A stretch of 64,000 nt of DNA. Origin: Paraspadella gotoi. Lineage: Eukaryota > Animalia > Chaetognatha. Made by a program: the position numbers and the translations under genes. Location of the stretch: assembly GCA_051294375.1 (NCBI GenBank), contig CM119263.1, positions 9,036,278 through 9,100,277 of the forward strand, written 5' to 3'. This document shows, piece after piece, positions 1-13,247 of the stretch (the stretch's first letter is position 1; every line of letters begins with the position of its first letter). The notes beneath the pieces were generated by a model, which did no database searches, was not told the DNA's origin, and saw only the letters and a list, made by a program, of their open reading frames with translations.

Positions 1-3000
1 CGAAGAATTAAACAAAAAAACTTTCAAATTTTTAAAAGGTTTTTTTTCCGACATTATTGACAATTTTTTTCCTTTTTTTTTTTTTACGATAACTGTGTTT
101 CATCACCCAACTCGCGTTATACTTCCGCGCCCTCGGTGGCGGTTTTATGGCTTTTATTTCCTCGTAAGTCTTTTCGTTCGAGAAAATCACTCGAGAATTT
201 CGGCTCCTCTTCCCTCCAACTCTCTCTACTCGCTTTTCTACTCTTTCCTTTGTTAAAACTTCCTCGCTCTATACATTTCCCTACTTTCTCCTTCTCTTTT
301 CCTACCATTTCGTCTCTTTCTTTATCTTCAACTTCCTCCCTATCTCTCTTTCACGTTTCCACCTCTCTCCCTCTCTCCCTCTCTCCCTCTCCCTCTTTCT
401 CTCGACCCCCCGTTTTTAACATTTCTCGTGCGTATTGACAACTCGATTCGCCTTCGCTCGATCGCGCCGAAAGCCGACGCCGCGAACGCCGCCGCCGTCG
501 CCGCCGACGACGACGCCGCCGCCACCGACGCCGACTCCGTCCTCGAAAACGTCTTCACATCGAAGCGTCGATGTCTGTTTATCGTCGTCGTCGTCGTTAA
601 CTTTACGATCGTTATAACCGTTATCTTTGTTNNNNNNNNNNNNNNNNNNNNNNNNNNNNNNNNNNNNNNNNNNNNNNNNNNNNNNNNNNNNNNNNNNNNN
701 NNNNNNNNNNNNNNNNNNNNNNNNNNNNNNNNNNNNNNNNNNNNNNNNNNNNNNNNNNNNNNNNNNNNNNNNNNNNNNNNNNNNNNGAGATGAGGCAATG
801 ACGATTGGGCGTCTATAAGAGAAGATAATTGACAAAAACAAAAACAGCTGCAACAAAAACAAAACTGCAAGAAACTGTTAAATGTTGTTGTTACAATTGA
901 AAATGTAATTCAAAATTTATAATTTTTCAGAATGTAAATTAAGAAATGCTAAAATGCACCAAGCGTTCCGTTTATTACGGTTGCCATGGAAACCGCGCAT
1001 ATCCGGTGTTTTAATCAAATCTAATCCGATCCCTCCTACCGACTCTCCGACCAGGGGATTAAAATCTGGGCAGTTTAAAAAACTCGAATGTGTGAGAGGG
1101 AGAGAGAGAGAGAGAGAGAGAGANNNNNNNNNNNNNNNNNNNNNNNNNNNNNNNNNNNNNNNNNNNNNNNNNNNNNNNNNNNNNNNNNNNNNNNNNNNNN
1201 NNNNNNNNNNNNNNNNNNNNNNNNNNNNNNNNNNNNNNNNNNNNNNNNNNNNNNNNNNNNNNNNNNNNNNNNCTCCGTTGGTGGTCCGCCTTTTCCGCCG
1301 ACGGGCCTTAAGTCGATGCTCTCTCGCTAAAGGTGGACAACGTGTTGGTGAATTCGTTAAAGGAAAAAAAATTATGGTGGCCTATTTGTTAAAGGTGGAC
1401 TACGTGGAGGCGAATTTACAAATTATTTCAAAGTAAACGATAAAATTAAATAATTTGTTTTAACTCGGGCTCACGACGTTTGTTTTTAATTTTGACAACA
1501 TTTATATTTTTTTACANNNNNNNNNNNNNNNNNNNNNNNNNNNNNNNNNNNNNNNNNNNNNNNNNNNNNNNNNNNNNNNNNNNNNNNNNNNNNNNNNNNN
1601 NNNNNNNNNNNNNNNNNNNNNNNNNNNNNNNNNNNNNNNNNNNNNNNNNNNNNNNNNNNNNNNNNNNNNNNATAGATGATCCTTGATCAGTCTCTTTGAC
1701 CGATTACCAGTTGGGTCGGTCCCGGTTAAAAAATAAAACTAAGGAAAAATTTAAAATAAATGACGAGATGAAGAATCAAGTGGAGAAAGAGAAAGAAGGA
1801 AAAAGTCCGCGAGAAAGAAGAAGAAGAGGCGAATGAGAACAAAGAAACGAACGAAGAATAAATACATCATAAAATATATTTTCTTAAACGATAAAAAAAG
1901 TGGTGAAAAGAATGAGAAAAAAAATGTAAAATTGATTCGGCATGTGTCAAGGAGCCACTGAGACAGGAATGATTTATCAANNNNNNNNNNNNNNNNNNNN
2001 NNNNNNNNNNNNNNNNNNNNNNNNNNNNNNNNNNNNNNNNNNNNNNNNNNNNNNNNNNNNNNNNNNNNNNNNNNNNNNNNNNNNNNNNNNNNNNNNNNNN
2101 NNNNNNNNNNNNNNNNNNNNNNNNNNNNNNNNNNNNNGGGGGAAGATCCTGAAGGCTAAAACATTTCCAATTTTCTCAAGATTTTAAAGCAAAGAAAAAT
2201 TGTTCGAATTTTCTGAGATGCCGATTTTTTTTTTCTTTTTCAGAGCGTCGGAGGAGGGGGGGTGTTGGAAATTTCTAAATTTGGATCCATCAAACGCGGC
2301 GCAGAATATAGTTTGGACGCCAAAATCAACTGTTCGCTCTTTGATTTATACTGGGAAAAGGCCGAGAAGGGGGGGGGGGGCAAAGAAGAGCGGAGGGAAA
2401 TTAAACAGCGGCGAATCACCGTTAGCGTCACTCGCGTTTCAAACTTTACAGTCGGGCTCCCTTTTTACAGTCCGGCGCCGATTTACAGGAAAAAACGGCT
2501 TAAACGTCATCCGGGCTTTAGTTTTTTTGTTTTTTCTCATTTTTGTTTTAATCCTCGATTGGGGCTTTGTTAAGCCGCTCAGTGAATAAGACTGGAGGAA
2601 AAAAGGTTGAAAACCTTTTTTTAACTGCTTTATATCTGGAACAAATGAGTCATGTACAAGAAATTAAGAAAGACGATGATGACGACGACGATGACGATGG
2701 CGATGACGAAGATAAAGAACAAGCATGGTTAATGGTTATTTTTGACCGAAAAGNNNNNNNNNNNNNNNNNNNNNNNNNNNNNNNNNNNNNNNNNNNNNNN
2801 NNNNNNNNNNNNNNNNNNNNNNNNNNNNNNNNNNNNNNNNNNNNNNNNNNNNNNNNNNNNNNNNNNNNNNNNNNNNNNNNNNNNNNNNNNNNNNNNNNNN
2901 NNNNNNNNNNNNNNNNNNNNNNNNNNNNNNNNNNNNNNATACGTCGGATGAGGTTTGCATCTCGATTTTAGAAGGTGTAACAAACTTCTACTCCTTTCTC

Positions 3001-4118
3001 TCATTTTCTCTTTCAATTTCTCCTTTATATCGTCTCTCTCTCTTCTTCTTCTTATTTCATATTATATTGATATTATATTCATTTTAAGAGAGGAAAGATT
3101 TTCAAGGTCAAGATGAACGCCAAAAGTGGGCGTGGGAATCTATATCGGCGAATTTTCCAATGGAAGAAGGTAAAGATATTAATCATAGATACAGCGAAAG
3201 TGAAACTAGCAACTACCTCAAAACAAAAACATCAACTGAGTTTATAGATTAAACTATAATTTAAACTTTCTCTTAGTTTCTTTTTCCGGTCTCGACAAAG
3301 CGTGCTCGAACGCGGCAAGGGCGTTGGCAGGAAGCGAGGAAATTTGCCGGAAGGAAAAAAAAAGGGAAACGAGAAAAAACGGGAAAAAAATGAAGAAAAA
3401 AGTTATGACTGAAAAAGGATTGTATTAACAGCTGAGAAAAAAACAGCTGCGAAAACTAGTAAAATAACGATAATTCATATTTCATAGGTTTAAGGCGAAT
3501 TATTTCTTTTTGTTTGACCGCCGCGAGCGAGGAATATTTCAGAGGATTTATTACCTTCGCCACCTGCCGCATCNNNNNNNNNNNNNNNNNNNNNNNNNNN
3601 NNNNNNNNNNNNNNNNNNNNNNNNNNNNNNNNNNNNNNNNNNNNNNNNNNNNNNNNNNNNNNNNNNNNNNNNNNNNNNNNNNNNNNNNNNCTTTCGTCTT
3701 TTTTTAAATCGAGATTCGAATTGAAACGAAGCGACTTCGTCAAGAATCGATTCCTTCTTGGAAGAAAGAGGGGAGAGGTCGCCGCGGGGAGTCCTGAGAG
3801 AACGAGGCCCCGATCGAGCGCAGGTGAGAATTAAACTAATGAGGCCCCGGATCGAGCATCTTTTTTTTTTATAATCGAGTCGACAAAGATCTAAGGATAA
3901 TGTATAAAGGGCACCTGAATTAGACAGACAGAACAGAAAATCCAGAAAATAAGGGAGAAAGAGAAAGAAACAGAGAGTGAGAGACTGATAGCTCAGATGG
4001 CGTCAATTATTAATTTATTAAACAAGACACATTCCCTTCGGCTTTTGATCAACTATCTCCATTTTCAAGCCACCACTATTTGACCTCTCCCTCCCCTTAA
4101 GCCCACCCACTTTCTCAC

Positions 4119-4812
4119 CTCCAGCGCCGGCGCCGCTGCAGGTAATCCGCAGCGCCGGATCCGCGACGCAAGTGCATCCTTCGGGACATGCGATCTCCAG
4201 ATAGGAAGTCGTCGTCGTTGTCGTCGTCGCCGCAGTGGAATCGCGAGTCGCGCCAACGACGCCGACGAGGATAGGAAGCAGCGACGCCAGGAGCAGAAGG
4301 AAAGTCGAGGGTCGAACGACGCCGCAGATGGTGGCGCCGCGGATGGCGGCGCCGCGGATGGCGGCGCCGCGGATGGTGGCGCCGCGGAGAGAGACGAGAC
4401 CTCGAACGCCTCCGCGAGCCTTTGACGCCGTAGAGGCGCCGGTAGAGGCGCCTTTTTTCGGCGTCAATTTAGAGTCAATGGAATGAGAAGAGTTGTTGAG
4501 AGGAGATGCTGAAGCAGGCGTCGTAGATGCCGCAGTAGAAGACGTCGATGCCGCAGTAGAAGACGTCGATGCCGCAGCCGACGATAAAGTTACCGCTGTG
4601 CCGAAGGAAACGACTCGCGCCGCGGGAGCCAAAGCGCTTCTGGCGGCCGAAAGAGAAACTCCTTCTTGGGGTCGATTTCTGGAACAACGGACGCAGTGTT
4701 CGGCGGAGGAGATGAAAGGCGTCGAGTGGGGAGATGCCTCAGGTTTTGGGAGGACAGATGCCGCGGACGTCACAGATGCAAGCGAAGGCATTCTTCGGCC
4801 GAGTTCTTCCAT
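4119..4812 (-). CDS. Probable first coding exon of a leucine-rich-repeat (LRR) extracellular or membrane protein: hydrophobic signal-like segment plus LRRNT cysteine cap
   Basis: Open frame from ATG 4812 (MEELGRRMPSL...) to a hydrophobic stretch TFLLLLASLLPILVGVVGA, a Thr run, then ACPEGCTCVADPALRITCSG, matching the LRRNT pattern CPxxCxC-x(n)-C. A GAG|GTGAGA splice donor lies at 4118 on the - strand. The exon is GC-rich relative to its flanks. Downstream LRR exons were not found (gaps), so the LRR call is an inference. Confidence 0.6.
4321..4388. repeat. 15-bp coding minisatellite GCCGCRGATGGYGGC x4.5 (encodes RGATI/RGAAI on - strand)
   Basis: Units at 4321, 4336, 4351, 4366 and a partial unit at 4381, read directly. 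Confidence 0.9.
4526..4577. repeat. 21-bp coding tandem repeat GATGCCGCAGTAGAAGACGTC x2.5 (STSSTAA repeats on - strand)
   Basis: Units at 4526 and 4547 and a partial unit at 4568. Confidence 0.9.
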
Positions 4813-6874
4813 TTCTTCGAGTCTTAAGTGTCGCTTCGATCCGAAAGTTGATTTCAATTTGCGTTGCGTGGAGGCTTTCGCGAGGACTTTAATTTTCGTT
4901 CTAGTATTTTCTCGTCGTCGTTAAGTTTCCCTTTTGTTTTTTTCCCCTTTTGAAAAACAATATCCGTCCCGTTTTGTTTACATTCGCGCTAGAGGTCGCA
5001 CGAGTCGACCGTTTACGTCGGGGCCCACCGGTTGAGATCAAAAGCAAAGCGAAGAAACCGCAACGTCTCTCTCCTTAGCGCTTTCACTCTCTCTCTCTCT
5101 TCCTCGCTCTCGTTCTCATTTACATATCCGAGTTAATTTCGTCGAAAACCGCAAAGTTCCTTGGATTTTTTTTCTCTCCCCTTTTTTTTTTTTTTGCGAG
5201 TGAACAAACAACTGACGTCGGCGATCGTTTCGTCTGAAGTTGGGGTAAAAGAACAGGAGAAAAATATGTAAAGAGGTTGTTTTTAAGAGGCGGTTGGCAG
5301 TGGGGGGGGGGAAGGAAAAGGTAATAACCAATAACCATGCGAGGAGAAGTTTTGTGCTGTTTGGAAATAAATAATAAATAATAAATCAGTTCCACATGGA
5401 AAAGGAAAAAAAAATATAGAGGAAACATTTCGTATCTTTTCTTAANNNNNNNNNNNNNNNNNNNNNNNNNNNNNNNNNNNNNNNNNNNNNNNNNNNNNNN
5501 NNNNNNNNNNNNNNNNNNNNNNNNNNNNNNNNNNNNNNNNNNNNNNNNNNNNNNNNNNNNNNNNNNNNNNNNNNNNNNNNNNNNNNNNNNNNNNNNNNNN
5601 NNNNNNNNNNNNNNNNNNNNNNNNNNNNNNNNNNNNNNNNNNNNNNNNNNNNNNNNNNNNNNNNNNNNNNNNNNNNNNNNNNNNNNNNNNNNNNNNNNNN
5701 NNNNNNNNNNNAAGAGAATAAAGAAATCATGGTTAAATTTTAAAAATAATTCAAGAGAGGCAGAGAGACGTCACGACTTTTGAGCCTCGATGAAAAAATA
5801 TATGCATTTTTAGGGAAAGAAACAGAAAAATTCGTAAAAAACGACTTGCTAATTCTGAAAGATTTATTTTCTTTTTTTTTAAATGAAAATTAATTGTCGA
5901 AAAACTCGTCGGATGTGAAAAATTCTTCTTGTGATTCATTTCCTTTTATCTCATCAAGAGTCTCTCTCTCTCTCTCTCTCTCNNNNNNNNNNNNNNNNNN
6001 NNNNNNNNNNNNNNNNNNNNNNNNNNNNNNNNNNNNNNNNNNNNNNNNNNNNNNNNNNNNNNNNNNNNNNNNNNNNNNNNNNNNNNNNNNNNNNNNNNNN
6101 NNNNNNNNNNNNNNNNNNNNNNNNNNNNNNNNNNNNNNNNNNNNNNNNNNNNNNNNNNNNNNNNNNNNNNNNNNNNNNNNNNNNNNNNNNNNNNNNNNNN
6201 NNNNNNNNNNNNNNNNNNNNNNNNNNNNNNNNNNNNNNNNNNNNNNNNCTCTCTCTCTCTCTCGTTATCTTTTTCATTTAAGTCGTTTTATTCTTTTTCA
6301 TCTTCTTTTAAGTCGCATCCAAGTCTAACAATGGAGGCAGAAAAAGAAAAGTCAAAATCCAGAATTTGTTAAAAAAGATTTTGTAACAATTTTTTTTTGA
6401 GCAGAAACGAAATGTAAATTTTGAAATCTCCTGGGAATAGAATACATTATCGTCTAGGCTTGGCTTTACTTTNNNNNNNNNNNNNNNNNNNNNNNNNNNN
6501 NNNNNNNNNNNNNNNNNNNNNNNNNNNNNNNNNNNNNNNNNNNNNNNNNNNNNNNNNNNNNNNNNNNNNNNNNNNNNNNNNNNNNNNNNNNNNNNNNNNN
6601 NNNNNNNNNNNNNNNNNNNNNNNNNNNNNNNNNNNNNNNNNNNNNNNNNNNNNNNNNNNNNNNNNNNNNNNNNNNNNNNNNNNNNNNNNNNNNNNNNNNN
6701 NNNNNNNNNNNNNNNNNTTGATTTGATTTGTAATGCTCATAAATGCGACAATTAACACATTAACAATAAAAATCGTTAATGAGCGGTACATATAAACTAT
6801 GTACATGTACTATGTACTATGTAGATAGTATGTCTACGCAATAGATTACAAATACTGTGATAAGAGAGAGAGAG

Positions 6875-6913
<39 letters not shown>

Positions 6914-9900
6914 GAGTGAGAGATAAACGAGAGCAAAGGAAACGGAAAAAGAGTAAAATATTTCGTTTCGAGCAGAAGAATTCGTCTCTATTATTATCGA
7001 CGTTTTCTTTTAAAATTCCTCCTCCTTTGTTTTCCTTTGTTTTCCTCTGTTTTGTGTTTACGCGTCGCGATATATTTTTAGTTTTGTATCCGTTTTTTGT
7101 GTTTCGGCGTTTTGACGCTTAAGACGTTGCGGGTTTGGGTGAAAAAGTCGGAGGAGATAATTACTCAAACTATCGATCGACTACTACTTTGTTTTTCTTT
7201 TTTTTTGTTTTTAGATTTTTTTTGTTTCTATTGTTGCTCAGCTTTTGGTTTAGACAAGATTATATATAAGTGGAATAAACTAGTCTACTTCTTTTGTTTA
7301 TAANNNNNNNNNNNNNNNNNNNNNNNNNNNNNNNNNNNNNNNNNNNNNNNNNNNNNNNNNNNNNNNNNNNNNNNNNNNNNNNNNNNNNNNNNNNNNNNNN
7401 NNNNNNNNNNNNNNNNNNNNNNNNNNNNNNNNNNNNNNNNNNNNNNNNNNNNNNNNNNNNNNNNNNNNNNNNNNNNNNNNNNNNNNNNNNNNNNNNNNNN
7501 NNNNNNNNNNNNNNNNNNNNNNNNNNNNNNNNNNNNNNNNNNNNNNNNNNNNNNNNNNNNNNNNNNNNNNNNNNNNNNNNNNNNNNNNNNNNNNNNNNNN
7601 NNNNNNNNNNNNNNNNNNNNNNNNNNNNNNNNNNNNNNNNNNNNNNNNNNNNNNNNNNNNNNAGAGCTAGAGAGAGAGCGAGCGTCGTCGAGAGGCCTTC
7701 ACGTTTGGAAGATCTGGAAGATGATCTAGAAAAGGGAATAGAGAGGAGAAGGAGGAGGAGGAAGAGGAGTGGGAAGAGGAAGAGGAGAACTAGTGGGAGG
7801 AGGATGAGGAGGAAAAGCTAGGAGAAGAAACGATTCAATGAAGAAGAAGAAGAAGAAGAAGAAGAGGAGAAGAAGAGAAGAGAAAAAGTTTTTTCGATGG
7901 CAAAAGAGAAATATATGGTGAGTGGTGTTGGAAGCAGCTTGTACTCAGGGGTGCGTGGGAAGAGAGAATGTACCGGAAATGAGATTAAATCGTTGGTTCC
8001 CTTATCGAACGGGAGAATCGACAGGCGGACCTAAATCCATCATAACGTCTTTGTTAATGTTAATGTTAATATCGTTTTACGTAAAATTTACTCCCGAATC
8101 ATTGAATTTGAATTTTAGTGAGTATCCGATAAGAAAAGTCAACGAATGAATCAATCAATGAATCAGTTTTCTCGATAAACTTGCCATATTATCGCGACGC
8201 CAACGACCACCTTGCGTCGACGTCGTCCACGNNNNNNNNNNNNNNNNNNNNNNNNNNNNNNNNNNNNNNNNNNNNNNNNNNNNNNNNNNNNNNNNNNNNN
8301 NNNNNNNNNNNNNNNNNNNNNNNNNNNNNNNNNNNNNNNNNNNNNNNNNNNNNNNNNNNNNNNNNNNNNNNNNNNNNNNNNNNNNNNNNNNNNNNNNNNN
8401 NNNNNNNNNNNNNNNNNNNNNNNNNNNNNNNNNNNNNNNNNNNNNNNNNNNNNNNNNNNNNNNNNNNNNNNNNNNNNNNNNNNNNNNNNNNNNNNNNNNN
8501 NNNNNNNNNNNNNNNNNNNNNNNNNNNNNNNNNNNNNNNNNNNNNNNNNNNNNNNNNNNNNNNNNNNNNNNNNNNNNNNNNNNNNNNNNNNNNNNNNNNN
8601 NNNNNNNNNNNNNNNNNNNNNNNNNNNNNNNNNNNNNNNNNNNNNNNNNNNNNNNNNNNNNNNNNNNNNNNNNNNNNNNNNNNNNNNNNNNNNNNNNNNN
8701 NNNNNNNNNNNNNNNNNNNNNNNNNNNNNNNNNNNNNNNNNNNNNNNNNNNNNNNNNNNNNNNNNNNNNNNNNNNNNNNNNNNNNNNNNNNNNNNNNNNN
8801 NNNNNNNNNNNNNNNNNNNNNNNNNNNNNNNNNNNNNNNNNNNNNNNNNNNNNNNNNNNNNNNNNNNNNNNNNNNNNNNNNNNNNNNNNNNNNNNNNNNN
8901 NNNNNNNNNNNNNNNNNNNNNNNNNNNNNNNNNNNNNNNNNNNNNNNNNNNNNNNNNNNNNNNNNNNNNNNNNNNNNNNNNNNCACGTTGTTGCTGGTAC
9001 AAAGAGGAGAAAAACAGACGCCGACAGTAAAATAAATATTACTTAGATGGAGTAATGAAAGCAATCTTGCAATTTTCATCTTAGTAAAAGCCTTTACAAT
9101 GACCGATTTAAACCAAAAGTTTATTTCATTGCAAACATGATGACTCGTAAAAAATTTCTCAGCTTCACCAGTCGGCGACGGTTCGTCGTTGATATCAAAA
9201 CAAAACGAGAACGAGATCTCGTGAAAATTTTGATAAGAGTCGAGAAAACAATCTCGGGCTGAGAAAATAAAGATTGTTACGTTTATACAGTCAACAAAAT
9301 AAAAAAGACCAAAGGTTTTATTTCCCAAATGATTTTTCTCGTGTCCATAATAATAAAACAATGGGAATTTTTTTTTTTTAAAGAATGCAAAAGACGCCGA
9401 TGACGACGACGACGAATAAAACGACAAAGTGGCAGATGACGACGATAACTTTGACGACAAGACAAAAACCCATCAAAGAAATACGACGGCGACGATGACG
9501 ACGACGACGACGACGACCACGAAGCTAACGACGACGATGACGACGCCGTCCAAATAAAAGGAGTTTATGGGTTTTACGGTAAGTTTATCGTCGGACTGGA
9601 GACGGAAAAGGGAATAAAAAGGAGGTGAGGTCGCGATCCCAGCCGACGGTCGTTGTGGACAAAAGAGGGACGGTCAGGCGGTGGCGGACAGGCGGTAGGC
9701 AGGTGGTGGTGGGACGAAGAGCGGGCACGCCGGGCAAGTCGAGACAGGTGGGAACGGCGACGAGAGCGAATTTACGAAGATTCCGACATAAATACGAGCC
9801 ACTGTGGGCGGCTGCGGCGGCTGCGGCGGCGGCGAATGATGCGGCTGAGACTGCGGNNNNNNNNNNNNNNNNNNNNNNNNNNNNNNNNNNNNNNNNNNNN

Positions 9901-11014
9901 NNNNNNNNNNNNNNNNNNNNNNNNNNNNNNNNNNNNNNNNNNNNNNNNNNNNNNNNNNNNNNNNNNNNNNNNNNNNNNNNNNNNNNNNNNNNNNNNNNNN
10001 NNNNNNNNNNNNNNNNNNNNNNNNNNNNNNNNNNNNNNNNNNNNNNNNNNNNNNNNNNNNNNNNNNNNNNNNNNNNNNNNNNNNNNNNNNNNNNNNNNNN
10101 NNNNNNNNNNNNNNNNNNNNNNNNNNNNNNNNNNNNNNNNNNNNNNNNNNNNNNNNNNNNNNNNNNNNNNNNNNNNNNNNNNNNNNNNNNNNNNNNNNNN
10201 NNNNNNNNNNNNNNNNNNNNNNNNNNNNNNNNNNNNNNNNNNNNNNNNNNNNNNNNNNNNNNNNTAAGCAGGAGAAACGATTGGAGTTTAGAAGAAAAAA
10301 TATGTTATTCAGCGTTCCTTCATTCCGAAAAAAAAAATAAGCAAAAGTGTTGGGATTGAACTCGCGACCTCTCCTTCGATCCATTTCTCCTGGCGACATT
10401 GGTTGACGTCAAAGACCGAATACGAAAATGAGGCCAGAGAGAGAGAGAGAGAAACGACGGTGGCAGAAAATGGAATAAAAAAAAAGAAAAAAGAAAAGAC
10501 AGAGGACGAAGGAAATCGATGTCGCCAGGTGGAGGTCGCGAGGGAATGTGGCAGGCAGACGAACCAGACGACGGAGGCAGGCGATGGCGCGCTGGCGCCA
10601 GACGACGGCGGCGGCCCCGCTCCATTGAAAGAGCTGAGGTAAGCGAACTGAAGAATGAATTATGAAGTAGGCTTCGGGGATTGAAGATGACGTTGGCATT
10701 AATTGAACCTTCCCCTCTTTTTCTCTTATCTTTTCATTTGTTTCTTTTTTGATTGTGTTCTAATTTATAACCTTATTTTTATATATTTAATGTTAATTTC
10801 TTTTTTTTTACTACATTACCCTTTCTCTTTCCTTTTTTGTCTCATTTATAATATTTTTCTTTTCTTTTATAAAATTTCCTCCCTTTTCTTTTTTCGTCCT
10901 TTGCTTCGATGTGGAGGCAGAAGCGAAATGCCGCCCTTGCGGCGTTTTGGCATTTCTAGAGAGGTCGGCTTTCAGGCGTATTGGAAGATTGCGCTTCACA
11001 AAGTAAATCAAAAC

Positions 11015-11065
<51 letters not shown>

Positions 11066-12932
11066 TTAACCGGGTGGCCCCTAAATGGGAATTAATGCAC
11101 AAGGGGGTAGGATTAAAAGTGGAATAACAAAGGAGGAGGAAGGCTAATGAGCAAGATGCGAATGGGGCGGGAAAAAAGAAGAAAGAAATGTCAGAGAGAG
11201 AAAGAGAAATATAAAAAGAAAGAACGAAGAATAGAAAGAAAGAAGATGTAAGAGAATTACAAAAATATATAAAAAAAGTTTAGAAAAATAAAGGAAAGAA
11301 AAAAAAAGCAAAACAAATAAACTCAAATGATAACATAATAACTTTCAAAAGTAGTGACAACAAAGAAATATATTTGGCCAAAGAAACCAGACCGAACCCA
11401 AAAAAAGAAAACGGAAAAAAAGCTCAAAAAAAAAAAGAAAAAGAAAAATAGAGAATAAAAAAAGAGGATCCGTCTGGTGGAACATCCGATTAGTATTCGT
11501 CTGTTTTAGGACTCGGAATAAAGATCCTAAAAATACTCTAAACTGCCGTGACGATGACGATGACGATGNNNNNNNNNNNNNNNNNNNNNNNNNNNNNNNN
11601 NNNNNNNNNNNNNNNNNNNNNNNNNNNNNNNNNNNNNNNNNNNNNNNNNNNNNNNNNNNNNNNNNNNNNNNNNNNNNNNNNNNNNNNNNNNNNNNNNNNN
11701 NNNNNNNNNNNNNNNNNNNNNNNNNNNNNNNNNNNNNNNNNNNNNNNNNNNNNNAGAGAGAGATAGAAAGAGTAAGAGAGAGAGAGAGAAATATAAAGAG
11801 AGAGAGAAAAAAATAAAAATTCTTTCTTAAAATGAAACGTCAGTAAAACGGATCGTTTTAAATGTTATGAGGCGTATTATAACTTATTTGGACATCTTAG
11901 TTTTAGTTAATATCAACGACGTCGTCGTCGTTGTCGTCGTTGCCGCAGTCGTCCATTCCTTCGTCATCGAATCGGAAACGAGTCGAACCGGATTCCGCGA
12001 TGTTTTCATAACCGCCGCCGCGAAAATTAATCCCTTTTTCTAGAGCGAACTTACCCGCTCTTCCCGACTGGCCGCCCTCAAACCTCGCCTACTGGACTCT
12101 TCACCAGTCTGCAGCGGCTGCTTCCACGCCCGATCGGACTCTCGGTCCCACCTTCCTTCCTCTCCTTTCCTTTCACTTTCTCCCCAATCACTCTTTCCTT
12201 TCTTTCCTTTGCATCAGGGATCGATCGAGATTATAAGGGAAGCCGATCGTTTCCCGAAGGTGAGGGAATTCGGAAGGTGAGGTCAAAATACGACGAACAC
12301 AATAGCCAGGACGACGATGACTCACGCGGAAGAATCGAATTTAAGAAAAAAATATTTAATTGGAAATTGAACAAAAATCGATTTCTAACGGATAGAAGGA
12401 GAAAGTGATGAAGCAATAAGGCGAGGCGTCCTGAAGGAGTGGTTATATATGTTTTGAATAGGAAACGAAGAGGTCAAAGTGGGGGAGAGGGTTAAGTAGA
12501 TTAGTTACTATTACAGGCGATTAGGTAATAGCTAAGAATAAATGGCGCAATTAAAGAGATTTTAAAGGTTTCAGTGTTGAATACAAAAAGGGAGTGAAGT
12601 AAGGAAGTAAGGGCGAAGCAGGGTAAGTGAGGGCGAGAGTTAAAAGGGCGTTGAGGTTAAAGATAAGTGCGAAGGGGGAGGCGTTGTTTCCTCAAAACAG
12701 AAACCGCAAGAGGAGGGAGATACATAGATAACGCGGATCTGCGAAAACAAAAACAGGGATATTCGATATGAAGAGAGGAGAGAGGGAGAGAGAGAGAGAG
12801 AGAGAAAGGGAGGGAGAGAGAAGATCCTGTTGGAGTGAGTAAAATAAAAAAATGTGGACGCAACAAGTTTCAGGGTAAGAATGCTAAAAAAAGCTATTTT
12901 TTTGGTAGAATGTGAGCGAAGATAGAAAAGGC

Positions 12933-13067
12933 GACTGAAGAACAAACAGAAAGAAAAATTAAAAAAATAAAAGAGAAGAGAAAAGAAGAGAAAAGANNNN
13001 NNNNNNACTGAAGAACAAACAGGAAGAAAAATTAAAAAATAAAAGAGAAGAGAAAAGAAGATAAAAG
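12933..13067. repeat. About 62-bp direct duplication flanking a 10-N gap (probable unmerged contig overlap or allelic variants)
   Basis: ACTGAAGAACAAACAG(A/G)AAGAAAAATTAAAAAA... occurs on both sides of the gap at 12997-13006 with about 3 differences. Confidence 0.8.
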
Positions 13068-13212
13068 NNNNNNNNNNNNNNNNNNNNNNNNNNNNNNNNN
13101 NNNNNNNNNNNNNNNNNNNNNNNNNNNNNNNNNNNNNNNNNNNNNNNNNNNNNNNNNNNNNNNNNNNNNNNNNNNNNNNNNNNNNNNNNNNNNNNNNNNN
13201 NNNNNNNCTCTT

Positions 13213-13247
<35 letters not shown>

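Noticed and set aside
8163-9460. Long ORFs of 270-420 aa in the ORF track (also 33997-34978)
   Set aside because: They stay open only because they run through N gaps.
10528-10638. Possible + strand exon ending GAG|GTAAGC
   Set aside because: No polypyrimidine tract before the candidate acceptor, and the peptide is unrecognisable.
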